From positions 1 through 43,926 of the forward strand of contig JBJKQR010000051.1 in NCBI GenBank assembly GCA_046735395.1: 43,926 nucleotides of DNA, in the 5' to 3' direction. The position numbers and the translations under genes are program-made. The DNA is from Fidelibacterota bacterium (lineage in GTDB: Bacteria; Fidelibacterota; Fidelibacteria; Fidelibacterales; DSDE01). Shown here piece by piece: positions 19,090 to 28,946 of the stretch. Position 1 is the first letter of the stretch, and every line of letters starts with the position of its first letter. Below the pieces are notes generated by a model that saw only the letters and a list, made by a program, of their open reading frames with translations, was not told where the DNA came from and searched no databases.

Positions 19090-20004
19090 TCAGTTTTTTA
19101 CTTTGCGGTAATTGGTGAGAAATACACCGCCGATGACAGCCAGAGCCGAAATCCCGGTAATGAAATACACTTTTTCGTGATAGATGGAAATGGAAAGGAT
19201 ATAGGCGCTGACCGGAACCAGATTGATGAAAATTCCTGCCCGGCTCACACCCAGTTTACGAATCCCGTCATAATACCAGATGAAGCCCATCACGGTGGCA
19301 AAGATTCCCAGATAGGACAGCATGGACCACTGAAACAGCGAGAGCTTCACCATCGCAACGGCCAGGCCGAAATGCAGTGCCGGGATGAGCAGCAGCCCTG
19401 CTCCGAAAACGGCGGAATAAAAGACAGAATGCAGCGGTGACAGGGAATTCATGGCATATTTTCCCACCAGGCTGTAGGTTACCCAGGTCACGACACATCC
19501 GAAAATAAAAAGTTCTCCATGCCCCATCGCTCCGTGAAACAGCTGTGAGAAATCACCCCGGGAAATGAGCAGCAGGGCGCCGCTCACCGACAGGATAATT
19601 CCGAATACATTGACGCGGGCCAGATATTCCCGGAAGATCAGTGCAGAAAACAGCGACAGAAAAACAGGGTTTGTGGCCACAATCAGAGAAGCTCGTCCCG
19701 CATCCACGGTCTGCAGGCCAAGAAAAAAGAAAATATTATAGGCGGCGACGCCTGTCATTCCCAGAAGCAGCATGACCGGAAAATCTCTGCGGGTAAGCCG
19801 CGGCAGCCGTTTTTCCCGGGCCAATATCAGGATGAGCATGACCAGTGAAGCGATGGCGAATCGCAGAAAGGTGGCCGTCACAGGATGCACATCATGGGAA
19901 ATGCTTTTAGCAGCCACAAATGTACCGCCCCAGATGAACATCGTCAGGGTAATCTTCAGATAAACAACGCTTTCTTTCTCTTTCACTTTTCCTCCTGCGG
20001 ACAT
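19090..20004 (-). CDS. DMT/EamA family transporter
   Basis: About 10 TMs; IWGGTFVA, FLRF, ASLIVATNP and FINLVPV. Confidence 0.9.
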   Translation of the reverse strand: MSAGGKVKEKESVVYLKITLTMFIWGGTFVAAKSISHDVHPVTATFLRFAIASLVMLILILAREKRLPRLTRRDFPVMLLLGMTGVAAYNIFFFLGLQTVDAGRASLIVATNPVFLSLFSALIFREYLARVNVFGIILSVSGALLLISRGDFSQLFHGAMGHGELFIFGCVVTWVTYSLVGKYAMNSLSPLHSVFYSAVFGAGLLLIPALHFGLAVAMVKLSLFQWSMLSYLGIFATVMGFIWYYDGIRKLGVSRAGIFINLVPVSAYILSISIYHEKVYFITGISALAVIGGVFLTNYRKVKN

Positions 20005-20238
20005 GGCGGGTTGTTAGTCATGTCAGTGAATTTACTCCCAATTCCACATAATTTCAATAATTGAAAATTTACCTATTCACGATATGAGCGGTTCACAGTG
20101 TGACCGAACCCAGTGCAGACAGGAAGTGCCCGTTGACCCCGCTCACAAACTTACCGGCGAGGATTTTTTCCCTTTGGGAATTGGTGTGAACTTTTTATTT
20201 TCCAATTATAGAAACAAACGGGTCCAAAGGAGAACATC

Positions 20239-21225
20239 ATGAAAAAACCGTTAAATATCCTTCTTACCTTCAGCCTGCTGGCCGCCCTTATGACCGGCTG
20301 TTCAAACAGCACGGCCCCGGACACGACGGCTCCCGCTACGCCGACCGGGTTTCAGTTTGATCCCGACTCCTCCAGCGACGGACAGCTGAAGCTGGTCTGG
20401 GACCGGAATACGGAATCCGACATAGACGGATATATCCTCTATCGCTCAGTCGGCTCGGAAAGCGCCTATTCTGTATTGAAGACTGTCTCGGGAGTCACCG
20501 GATATTCGGACCGGGGACTGGATTATACAACAGACTATTTTTACAAGATGACGGCCATCGATAAAAGCGGCAACGAAAGTGATGCGACCTCATCCGTACA
20601 TGCCAGGCCGGCCAATATCAACACACCCGCCCAACCCGCATTTCTGACGATCAGCGGCAGCAATGACGGTGCACTCAAATCCATCCTGCTGCTCTGGACG
20701 GCCAATCATGAAGCGGATTTCGATCATTATGACCTGTACCGCAGCACGGATATGATTTTTCTCGCTGACTCCTCCACTCTGCTGGCACCCTCCGGCGTCA
20801 CAAACTATACCGATCGGGATATTGAGGTGAATGTCAGGTATTACTACCGCGTCGTGGCCGTGGACAAAGGCGGTCTGCGCAGCAATGTATCCTCTCAGGC
20901 CAATGATATCGCCCTGCCCCAGCCGGTCCTCGTCTCTCCCGCCAGTGCAGCGCTTGTCGCGACCGGACGTCCTGTCTTTGAATGGGAACGGGTTGATGAA
21001 GCGGTCAAATACAGTATTTCCATCAAGACCAGCAAATATTCGGGTGAAATCTGGAACTCTGATGTGGATCAGAATACATCCGGAAACGTGAGCTACTCCT
21101 ATCCGTCCACACAGCCCGCACTGGCTGCCGGCACCTATTACTGGTCCGTGGTCACCTATTCAAAGGACGGCGGATCTGCCAACAGCGAATGCGAACCGCT
21201 GGGATTCGTGATTTCAGCCAAATAA
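20239..21225 (+). CDS. Fibronectin type III domain lipoprotein
   Basis: Lipobox LMTGC, DTTAPATP, and two Fn3 repeats (W...Y.LYRS...YFYKMTAIDKSGNES and YYYRVVAVDKGGLRS). Confidence 0.85.
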   Translation: MKKPLNILLTFSLLAALMTGCSNSTAPDTTAPATPTGFQFDPDSSSDGQLKLVWDRNTESDIDGYILYRSVGSESAYSVLKTVSGVTGYSDRGLDYTTDYFYKMTAIDKSGNESDATSSVHARPANINTPAQPAFLTISGSNDGALKSILLLWTANHEADFDHYDLYRSTDMIFLADSSTLLAPSGVTNYTDRDIEVNVRYYYRVVAVDKGGLRSNVSSQANDIALPQPVLVSPASAALVATGRPVFEWERVDEAVKYSISIKTSKYSGEIWNSDVDQNTSGNVSYSYPSTQPALAAGTYYWSVVTYSKDGGSANSECEPLGFVISAK

Positions 21226-21245
21226 TCAGTTGAACCGAAACTTGG

Positions 21246-21278
21246 AAAAGATGGTCCGGACGGATCATCTTTTTTTTT
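21246..21278 (+). terminator. Intrinsic terminator after the Fn3 lipoprotein gene
   Basis: AAAAGATGGTCC-GGAC-GGATCATCTTTTTTTTT. Confidence 0.75.
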
Positions 21279-21279
21279 C

Positions 21280-21984
21280 ATGAATAAATTACTCATCCTG
21301 AACATTGATCAATTTCCCGAAGATGATATCCTGGGGAGATACAGGCAATTTTTCTCGGATTACAAGAAACCGCTGCTGGATACGCTTCCAAATCCCTCAT
21401 CATCTCTCCGTCTCATCGCGGATCTGTTTCTACGCTATGAGCTGTATATAGAATGGGAATTGGATCCGGCCCGGAGTGAAATTCAGACAGATGTGCTGGG
21501 CAAACCCTTCGTTCCCGGACTGGAGCAGCACAGTTTCAACCTGTCCCATACAACTGACAAGATCGCGCTGCTGCTGTCCGACAAACCCTGCGGAGTGGAT
21601 ATAGAAAGCAGTGAGAGAGTACTGGCCGAAGAAAAACTGGTACGTCGATATTTTCATGAACAGGAAGCCGGCACCTATTTCAATCTGCCTCCTGAGCGCC
21701 GGCGCAGCTATTTTTTCCGAATCTGGACCCTGAAGGAAGCCTATCTCAAGGCCGAAGGCAGCGGAATCCGACGTCAGCTGAAATCCATCGGCTTCCGGCT
21801 GTCATCCACCGATAATTCGGTAATCCTTGATACGGACAGCCAAAGCCCCTGGATTTTCCGGATTTATGATGACCTGCGTTATTCCCTGATCTGTTCCACC
21901 GCGGTACAGACGGAATTCATTCCGGAAAAAAGCTGTATTCATTACTCAGATATTGAAAGAGATTTACTCGCCTGCTTCAAATAA
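21280..21984 (+). CDS. Sfp-type 4'-phosphopantetheinyl transferase
   Basis: GKP, FNLSHT, GVDIE and WTLKEAYLKAEGSG. Confidence 0.9.
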   Translation: MNKLLILNIDQFPEDDILGRYRQFFSDYKKPLLDTLPNPSSSLRLIADLFLRYELYIEWELDPARSEIQTDVLGKPFVPGLEQHSFNLSHTTDKIALLLSDKPCGVDIESSERVLAEEKLVRRYFHEQEAGTYFNLPPERRRSYFFRIWTLKEAYLKAEGSGIRRQLKSIGFRLSSTDNSVILDTDSQSPWIFRIYDDLRYSLICSTAVQTEFIPEKSCIHYSDIERDLLACFK

Positions 21985-22371
21985 TGTCCGGTAAGGCCGG
22001 GGAATGGACATCGGTTTCCCCCGTTCATTCACATAGACCAGCGTCGTATGTGCTGTCGCTACCCTTTTTTGATCCTGATTCAGCACCTCATAGGCAAAGA
22101 CCAGCGAACTTTTTCCCATTTTTTCCAGAATTACCCGGATGGTGAGCAGATCACCGAAAAAAGCGGGGAAATGATAATCAATGGAGACCGATGCGATGAC
22201 CGGCCAGCTTTTCCATTCATCGAAATGCCGGAAGGACAGGCCGTTGACTTCGAGAAAATCGCCCCGGGCCGCTTCCAGATAATTGAGGAAATTGGCATTG
22301 TTCACATGGCCGAAACTGTCCAGTTCATAACTGCGGACCTTGACCGTCGTCGTGAATTCATGCAGAGGCAT
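21964..22371 (-). CDS. Acyl-CoA thioesterase (YbgC/FadM, hotdog fold)
   Basis: VRSYELDSFGHVNNANFLNYLEAAR. Confidence 0.9.
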   Translation of the reverse strand: MPLHEFTTTVKVRSYELDSFGHVNNANFLNYLEAARGDFLEVNGLSFRHFDEWKSWPVIASVSIDYHFPAFFGDLLTIRVILEKMGKSSLVFAYEVLNQDQKRVATAHTTLVYVNERGKPMSIPRPYRTLFEAGE

Positions 22372-22373
22372 GA

Positions 22374-22973
22374 TCAGTCTTTCACTTCCGGAAAGAGCAG
22401 GATCCGGTTCTCCAGTGTCATTTCCACGTCCGCCCAGGTCTGGGCAAAGATCTCGTGATCCGTCTGAAATATTTCAAGATATCGATCATGCAGATACTGA
22501 TATAATTCTTCGGCAAAGGGATAGGACACGACAGCCAGATCACCCACGAATTTCAGGGTTGCGGCCAGATCCTTTTCCATCATTTTTTCCAGAATTTCCC
22601 GGCTCTGGTCGGGAAAGTGCTCGATATGCGGTGCAAGTCTCTCAAAAACAACGTCCTGATCCAGGACAGGTGCCCACAGGGACAGGTTCGCCAGACGCCG
22701 GTCCGTTTTCCTTTCGGAAGATAGGATGGCATTCTGTGCTTCAGGACTGAATTGACGGATTCCCAGACCGTGGATTTTCATGAGTATTTCCACGACCTTC
22801 GTCGTGTCCTTTTCGGACAGACGTCCGAGGGCCTGAGCGATCATTTCCGGATCTTCCACACAGGTCTGAAGCGCGTAGAACTGTTTCATGCTGATATCTA
22901 TCGTATCACTTTTTTCATGTTCAACCAGAGACTCCATCAGTTTTTTCAGGCAGGGGGTTTCAAGAATATTCAA
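22374..22973 (-). CDS. Hypothetical helical protein
   Basis: 199-aa ORF; TTG start overlaps the glpD stop and it ends 2 nt before the next gene. No motif recognised. Confidence 0.65.
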   Translation of the reverse strand: MNILETPCLKKLMESLVEHEKSDTIDISMKQFYALQTCVEDPEMIAQALGRLSEKDTTKVVEILMKIHGLGIRQFSPEAQNAILSSERKTDRRLANLSLWAPVLDQDVVFERLAPHIEHFPDQSREILEKMMEKDLAATLKFVGDLAVVSYPFAEELYQYLHDRYLEIFQTDHEIFAQTWADVEMTLENRILLFPEVKD

Positions 22974-24604
22974 AGATTCGGCCTCCCGTAGCTTTTTGCA
23001 ACTGTTTCAGCATAATTCTGCAGTTCGGATTTTTTTGTTTTGCGGTCCCAATTCAATTCTCTGGCCATAATATCAACGATTTTTTCTGCAATTGCAACTC
23101 CATTACCATCATCAAAAAGCAGGAGTGACAGGCGTCGCCACATGATATCCTCAAGCGTCAGCGCCATTTCGTGATGAATCTGATAGAGAATTTCGCCCTG
23201 GAGAATATCCGACTCGCCTATATATCGGAAAGCACTTTCGCCAAAACGGGCAATCAGCGTGAAATGGGTTCCGTACAGAGTGATGAGGCGCTGCACCGTG
23301 CTTTCCCGGATTGTCCATTCCCGGGCATAGTATTCACTGTTTTCGCGGATATACTGATCAATATTACGGATATTCCCGCCCCAGAGCGGAGAGTCGGCTC
23401 CGGTCCTGTCATCCGGAAGAGAATGACCGAATTCCGGATTCCGTTTCAGCAATTCGCGAATAATCCGGATTCCCATGAGCCGAAAGGTCGTCAGCTTTCC
23501 TCCGGCAATACTGAGAAACCGATCATCGTCCGCCAGAATCTCGAAATCCCTGCTCACATCGGAAGGATCACCCTCGGCGCCGATCAGCGGCCTCAGGCCA
23601 GCCCAGGCCGAAATGATATCCTGCCGCGTCAGCCTGGCCTTGTCAAAACTTGTGTTCGCGGCTTTCAGCAGATAGTCCACATCCTCATCATCTGCAAAGA
23701 CCTCATCCGGAGTCTCGTGATAATCCGTATCCGTCGTTCCCACATAGGTATATTTCCCTTTCGGAACGGTAAAAATCATTCTGCCGTCCTCACCAAAAAT
23801 CACAACTGATCTATGCAGAGGAAGCCGTTCCCTGCTGAAAACCAGGTGGATCCCCTTCGTCGGCCGGAGAATTTCATTTCTGTATCCGGCCAGTTTCCGG
23901 ATGGTGTCGGTCCAGGGTCCTCCGCAATTCACAACAGTTGCAGCAGAAACCGTATAAAATTCATGAGTCAGGACATCCCGAAGATGGAGAATCTTTTCCT
24001 TTTCAGCATGATCCAGACTGACCAGGCTCAGGTAGGACAGCGTATGAATCCCCGCGGCTTCGGCGCTCTGAATCGCAGCCAGCGTGAGGCGGGCATCATC
24101 CACGAGACAATCATGGTAAACAAAACCGCCTGTCAGCTTCTGCCGGTTGATCTGCGCTTCCTCCTCCTCAAAATTCCTCAGCGTCCACTGATGGTGGTGG
24201 CCGATTCTGCGGGATCCGGCCAGCAGATCGTAACCGATCATACCGAGCTTCACCTCAAAACGGCTGTTTTTACTGAATTCATAGACGGGATAGACGTATT
24301 CCTGAACGTAAACCTGATTGGGCAGAAGGTTCAGAAGAATTTCCCGTTCAGAAAGGCTTTCCTTGACCAGCCCGAAATTCATCTGCTGCAGGTAACGCAG
24401 GCCGCCATGAATCATCTTCGATGACCGGGAAGACGTTCCGCCGGCGAAATCCCCTTTTTCAACCAGCAGTGTTTTCAGGCCTGTACGGGCGGCAGCGAGG
24501 GCCGTCCCCGCACCGGTTATGCCGCCGCCGATAATCACCAGATCATAGTGAGCACCGTCCAGCTTCGCAAGCCGGTCACGTCTGCTGTATGCTGAGAATT
24601 TCAT
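22970..24604 (-). CDS. glpD: FAD-dependent glycerol-3-phosphate dehydrogenase/oxidase
   Basis: IIGGGITGAG, DFAGGTSSRSSKMIHGGLRYL, DDARL, GTTDT, WAGLRPL and GGKLTTFR. Confidence 0.92.
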   Translation of the reverse strand: MKFSAYSRRDRLAKLDGAHYDLVIIGGGITGAGTALAAARTGLKTLLVEKGDFAGGTSSRSSKMIHGGLRYLQQMNFGLVKESLSEREILLNLLPNQVYVQEYVYPVYEFSKNSRFEVKLGMIGYDLLAGSRRIGHHHQWTLRNFEEEEAQINRQKLTGGFVYHDCLVDDARLTLAAIQSAEAAGIHTLSYLSLVSLDHAEKEKILHLRDVLTHEFYTVSAATVVNCGGPWTDTIRKLAGYRNEILRPTKGIHLVFSRERLPLHRSVVIFGEDGRMIFTVPKGKYTYVGTTDTDYHETPDEVFADDEDVDYLLKAANTSFDKARLTRQDIISAWAGLRPLIGAEGDPSDVSRDFEILADDDRFLSIAGGKLTTFRLMGIRIIRELLKRNPEFGHSLPDDRTGADSPLWGGNIRNIDQYIRENSEYYAREWTIRESTVQRLITLYGTHFTLIARFGESAFRYIGESDILQGEILYQIHHEMALTLEDIMWRRLSLLLFDDGNGVAIAEKIVDIMARELNWDRKTKKSELQNYAETVAKSYGRPNL

Positions 24605-24884
24605 CCGAAAATGCCTTTCCCTTTTAGTGTAATATAATAAATCCGCACTATGAATCCTTCAGATGAAATGCCGCCGGCTCTCATATTTCACAAATTTGCC
24701 GTGACCAGGCGGAAACCCATTCATCCTGAAATGGGACTCAGATTATTTCTGTCGTTTACCTGAATTATTTAAGAAGATTAAAGACCTGAGTAGTCAGATT
24801 TCCTGCTATGATATCAGAAGGATTGAATGTAAATTTCGCCTCGTGAAACGGCTGGACTCGGAACAGGACAATTTTTGAAGCAGA

Positions 24885-25694
24885 ATGATTAAAACACAAC
24901 TTGATGAACTGATAAACAAGCTGCTGGTGTACGGCAGCGTAGTCGGTGTGATGTTGGTAGGCCTTTCCCTGTGGCGCTTGCCGGCCATCGGACTGCAGCC
25001 CGGAATGATTATTCAGATTGTTGTCGGTATCGGCATTGTCATTATGGCCCTGGCGAGAACCCGGATCAGCTACCGGACAAAGGTGATCTCTCTTGTCCTG
25101 GTATTCTTTTCTCTCGGTACCGGTGCCATGATCACAGCCGGCTTCATGGGGCTGGGAATTGAATTTTTCACTCTCAGTATCATGTTCTCCACACTTCTGC
25201 TGGACCGGCGCTTCAGCCTGCGCTACACGGCTCTCGTTCTTGTCGTACTTGTTCTGATCTGCTACAGCGTCCTGTCCGGGTATCATGTCTATAAAATAGA
25301 TTTTAATTCCTATATCCACTCCACCCTGCTCTGGGTCATCAACCTGTCCAGCTTTATTTTTCTCGGTATTGTGGCCGCCTTTGTCTCGGCATCGATTCTC
25401 GATATGCTGCGGAAAAACAATGAGAATCTGCATGTGATCAACCGTGAGCTGAAAGAGGAAATCGTCGAACGGAACAAGGTGGAATCCGACCGTAAGACGC
25501 TTCAGGGGCTGATTCCCATCTGTTCAAACTGCAAGCAGGTCAGGGATGACAAGGGTTACTGGAACCGTATCGAATCCTATATCCGTGAACATTCGGATGC
25601 GGATTTTACCCACGCGCTCTGTCCGGAATGCGCCAATAAACTGTATCCGGAAATATTTCCGACCATCATGACAGATCCGGAAGAAAATGTCTGA
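24885..25694 (+). CDS. Multi-pass membrane protein with a C-terminal Cys/His-rich domain
   Basis: About 6 TMs, a coiled coil, then LIPICSNCKQVRDDKGYW...FTHALCPEC. Confidence 0.8.
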   Translation: MIKTQLDELINKLLVYGSVVGVMLVGLSLWRLPAIGLQPGMIIQIVVGIGIVIMALARTRISYRTKVISLVLVFFSLGTGAMITAGFMGLGIEFFTLSIMFSTLLLDRRFSLRYTALVLVVLVLICYSVLSGYHVYKIDFNSYIHSTLLWVINLSSFIFLGIVAAFVSASILDMLRKNNENLHVINRELKEEIVERNKVESDRKTLQGLIPICSNCKQVRDDKGYWNRIESYIREHSDADFTHALCPECANKLYPEIFPTIMTDPEENV

Positions 25695-25736
25695 TTGCTG
25701 ATTTTTTTATAAAAATAGTTTAATGAATTAATACTA

Positions 25737-26723
25737 TCACCAGACCCGCCGATCCAGTATCGCATCCATGAGCCTGCTGGTTTCCGCGGCAGTGGTTCCT
25801 GTGGAGGGACATAGTTTCTGTCCGCTCAGCACCGAGTTGACGATTTTCTCGATCAGCGGCTGCTGAATATGTTTCGGGTGAGGTATATTCAATTCTTCAT
25901 GTCCGTCAATGGTATCAACGATGACGGGATTGTCAGCAAAGGTGGAAAAGCGGACTTCGCCCCTGTCACCGACGATGACGGTTTCATCCCGATTCGTATA
26001 GGAAGCGAAATTCCACACGCCGGTCACCTGAACTTTGTTTTCCATGAGCAGATGATAGGAAACCGCATCCTCGGCATCATAGGCACCGGCTTGTCTGTCT
26101 GCAAGGCCTCTCGCCTTCCGGACCTGTCCGAGAAGATGCTGGAGAAGATCGAGATGATGGGAGGTCAGATCACAGAAATACCCACAGCCGGCAATTTCCG
26201 GCTTCACTCTCCAGTTTTCCGGAAGACTGTCGCGATCCGAAAGCTGTCTCTGAAACACCGTATTTACAAAACGGACAGTCCCGATCCAACCGCCGCCAAT
26301 GTTTTCGCGGATGGTTTCAAAACGGGGCAGCGCCCTACGGTAATAGGCAACAAAAAGCGGGACCTTATAGCGTCTGCAGACATCGATCATGTGCAGACTT
26401 TCTTCATAGGACCGTGCCATGGGTTTTTCCACATAGACCACCTTGCCGGCCCGGGCGGCCGCTTCCGCGTAGAGGGCGTGTGTATCCGGCGGAGTGGCGA
26501 TATAGACGGCATTGATCTCATCATTCGCCAGAAGTTCCTCTGCTGATGTGGTCCATGTCCCTACCTTATGCCGTTTCGCATAATCCCGGGCAGCCGCTTC
26601 ATCACGCCGCATGACCGCGGCCAGCTTCGAATTCGGAACTTTATTGAAGGCCGGCCCGCTTTTTACTTCCGTCACCTTCCCGCAGCCGATAATGCCCCAT
26701 ACTACTTCATCGATTGCTTTCAT
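25737..26723 (-). CDS. Gfo/Idh/MocA family oxidoreductase
   Basis: WGIIGCG, VYIATPP and VEKPMA. Confidence 0.92.
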   Translation of the reverse strand: MKAIDEVVWGIIGCGKVTEVKSGPAFNKVPNSKLAAVMRRDEAAARDYAKRHKVGTWTTSAEELLANDEINAVYIATPPDTHALYAEAAARAGKVVYVEKPMARSYEESLHMIDVCRRYKVPLFVAYYRRALPRFETIRENIGGGWIGTVRFVNTVFQRQLSDRDSLPENWRVKPEIAGCGYFCDLTSHHLDLLQHLLGQVRKARGLADRQAGAYDAEDAVSYHLLMENKVQVTGVWNFASYTNRDETVIVGDRGEVRFSTFADNPVIVDTIDGHEELNIPHPKHIQQPLIEKIVNSVLSGQKLCPSTGTTAAETSRLMDAILDRRVW

Positions 26724-26751
26724 GATTCCGCCTCTCCCGGTTCAGTCTGCT

Positions 26752-27330
26752 CTACATCCCGATCTGATCTGCAATGGATTCCATGGCTTCGATAGCCAAC
26801 GCAATGAATTCATTCCGTTCCAATGCGCATTTATCAGTAATATCTGCAATGAATTCCCGGCTCACTGCAGCCGCGAAACTCCGGTCTTTCAGCTTTTTCA
26901 CAATGGATTTCACCTGTGTGCCGGCCAGTTTCTTCTCCGGCCGCAGTATGACATAGGCGCTGATGATTCCGGTCAGGTTCTCCGCGGCAGCGAGACAGTA
27001 ATCCAGTTTGGATTCCCGTTTTCCGGCACTGTTTTCCAGCCCTTCCGTATGCGCCAGAATAGCTTTGAACATTACAGGAATCTCGTACCCCTCCGCTTTC
27101 AGCAGCTCAATCGTCTTTTTCCCATGGCCCACATAATCTTCTCCGATCATATCCATATCCAGGTCATGGAGCAGCCCGCAGATTTCCCAGAATGCCTCAT
27201 CCTCTCCGAAATGCGCCGCCAGGGCTTTCATAATAACCGCTGATTCAAGACTGTGCCGGATAAGGTATTCGGTTTTCAGATAGCGGTGCAGCACAGTTTC
27301 TGCTTCAAGTCGTGTGATGCTGTCTTTCAT
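26752..27330 (-). CDS. HD-superfamily (HDIG) hydrolase
   Basis: HSL, GLLHDLD, AILAH and KKLKDRSFAAAVSRE. Confidence 0.88.
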   Translation of the reverse strand: MKDSITRLEAETVLHRYLKTEYLIRHSLESAVIMKALAAHFGEDEAFWEICGLLHDLDMDMIGEDYVGHGKKTIELLKAEGYEIPVMFKAILAHTEGLENSAGKRESKLDYCLAAAENLTGIISAYVILRPEKKLAGTQVKSIVKKLKDRSFAAAVSREFIADITDKCALERNEFIALAIEAMESIADQIGM

Positions 27331-27342
27331 CGTTTATCCATC

Positions 27343-27795
27343 CTATTTAAACATTTCAGACCAATATTCGTCCGGATATGCATCCTGAAGGCTCCGGATC
27401 CGTTCCTGTTCACCTGATTCACGGAGCGCAGCGGATTTCTGTTTAATAAATTCCTGCGGGCTCATCACCTGATGCCGGCCCCGCCTCACATAATCTGCCA
27501 CCGCTCTGTCCTTCGTCACAACGGTTACTTCGCTGCCTTCATAGCGCTCGGATAATTCCTTGAGAATCCCGTCGGCCTTCGCATTGCTTGTATCAGAATA
27601 ATAGATATCAATACCCCGTATTCGCGTCCGGCTCCGTTCCTGTCCGTCAAAAACGATAATGAAACGATCCTTTTTTTTCCCGGGCAGACCGGCAATACTG
27701 CCGATAAAGGCATTATGACGCTGTTCCGTTTCGGGAAAATCCTTTACCATTCCCAGATCATACATGATATTATAGGCGTCAAGCAGATAAATCAT
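27343..27795 (-). CDS. NYN domain protein (YacP/Rae1-like PIN-fold RNase)
   Basis: LLDAYNI, IVFDG, KADG and VVTKDR acidic motifs. Confidence 0.8.
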   Translation of the reverse strand: MIYLLDAYNIMYDLGMVKDFPETEQRHNAFIGSIAGLPGKKKDRFIIVFDGQERSRTRIRGIDIYYSDTSNAKADGILKELSERYEGSEVTVVTKDRAVADYVRRGRHQVMSPQEFIKQKSAALRESGEQERIRSLQDAYPDEYWSEMFK

Positions 27796-28946
27796 AGATA
27801 GGTCCTGATTCCTTCCTCGCAGAGTTCAGCCACTTTCATGATTTCTTCAGCAGTATTATAGAAATGAATGGCAAAACGCAGAGTGCCTGAGCGGTAACTG
27901 CAGTGAACATTCCGATCCTGCAGAAAGCTGAATATCGCTTCAGTCCGGTGGGCATTATCCATCTGTACGCTGATGATGCCGCTGCCCTCGCCCTGTCCCC
28001 GGGGACTGTTCATGATGAATCCCAGAGCGGAAAGTGCTTCAATGAGTAAATCACCCAGATCCAGAATATGCCGGCTTGATCCCAGCGCCAGTACCTGATT
28101 CAGCAGCCGGGTGGATGCAGCGAGAGCAAAGACAGCCACCGTGGACAGCGTACCTGTGGAAAACCGTTCCGGGCCTTGCCGGACAGGCTGATCGATATTA
28201 AAAAAATCAAAGGGTTTTTCGGCCGCGAGCCAGCCCTGCACCGGCGGATTCAGGATCTGTTCAAACCGTTCGGACAGGCTGAAAAAGCCCAGTCCCTGCA
28301 TTCCCATGAGCCATTTCTGAGCTCCGCAGGCCAGCAGGTCAATACCGCAGGAGGCCATATCCAGATCAAAGGCCCCCAGCCCCTGTGTGGCATCCACCAC
28401 GAAATAAATATCCCTATCACGGCAGAGGGCGCCGATTTCTCTCAGATCCGCACGGTATCCATTCAGAAACTGCACCCATGACAAGGTAAACAGCTTCGTG
28501 GAAGGCGTAATAGCCCGTTCAAGTGTATCTGTGGTGATACGGCCGTCTTCCTCCTCCATAAACGTGATACGCACACCCTTCTCCCGCATCTTCAGAAAAG
28601 GATAGACATTTGCGGGAAATTCCCGGCGCGGAATCAGAATTTCATCACCTGCTTTCCAGTCAATGCCCGATGCGGCCAGAATCAGTCCCCAGCTGGTATT
28701 CGGCACCAGGCCGATATCCGCCGGAGTCTGCCCGGTCATAGCAGCCAGTCCCGCCTTGGCTGCCCGGATCTGCTCCTGCATATGCAGCCATTCGTCACGG
28801 TCTCCTTTTTCGAACGCCTCCGTATAGCTCCGGATATTCTCTGAAACCGGCCGGCTATAGGGAGACACGGCGGCATGGTTCAGGTAAATGCTCTCCCTGC
28901 AGACTGGAAAAAGCCCCCTGTAGGGATACGGATCAAAGGGCTTCAT
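27792..28946 (-). CDS. Class V PLP-dependent aminotransferase (cysteine desulfurase/selenocysteine lyase-like)
   Basis: YLNHAAVSP, NTS.G, EFPAN, VDATQ, AQKWLMG and HFYN. Start is ATG 28946 or GTG 28952. Confidence 0.9.
   Translation of the reverse strand: MKPFDPYPYRGLFPVCRESIYLNHAAVSPYSRPVSENIRSYTEAFEKGDRDEWLHMQEQIRAAKAGLAAMTGQTPADIGLVPNTSWGLILAASGIDWKAGDEILIPRREFPANVYPFLKMREKGVRITFMEEEDGRITTDTLERAITPSTKLFTLSWVQFLNGYRADLREIGALCRDRDIYFVVDATQGLGAFDLDMASCGIDLLACGAQKWLMGMQGLGFFSLSERFEQILNPPVQGWLAAEKPFDFFNIDQPVRQGPERFSTGTLSTVAVFALAASTRLLNQVLALGSSRHILDLGDLLIEALSALGFIMNSPRGQGEGSGIISVQMDNAHRTEAIFSFLQDRNVHCSYRSGTLRFAIHFYNTAEEIMKVAELCEEGIRTYL

Noticed and set aside
24640..24740. GGCAAA...GAAA on the minus strand upstream of glpD, like a c-di-GMP-I riboswitch
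   Set aside because: Lacks the paired P2 stem and the downstream GCAAAGC and P3 elements.
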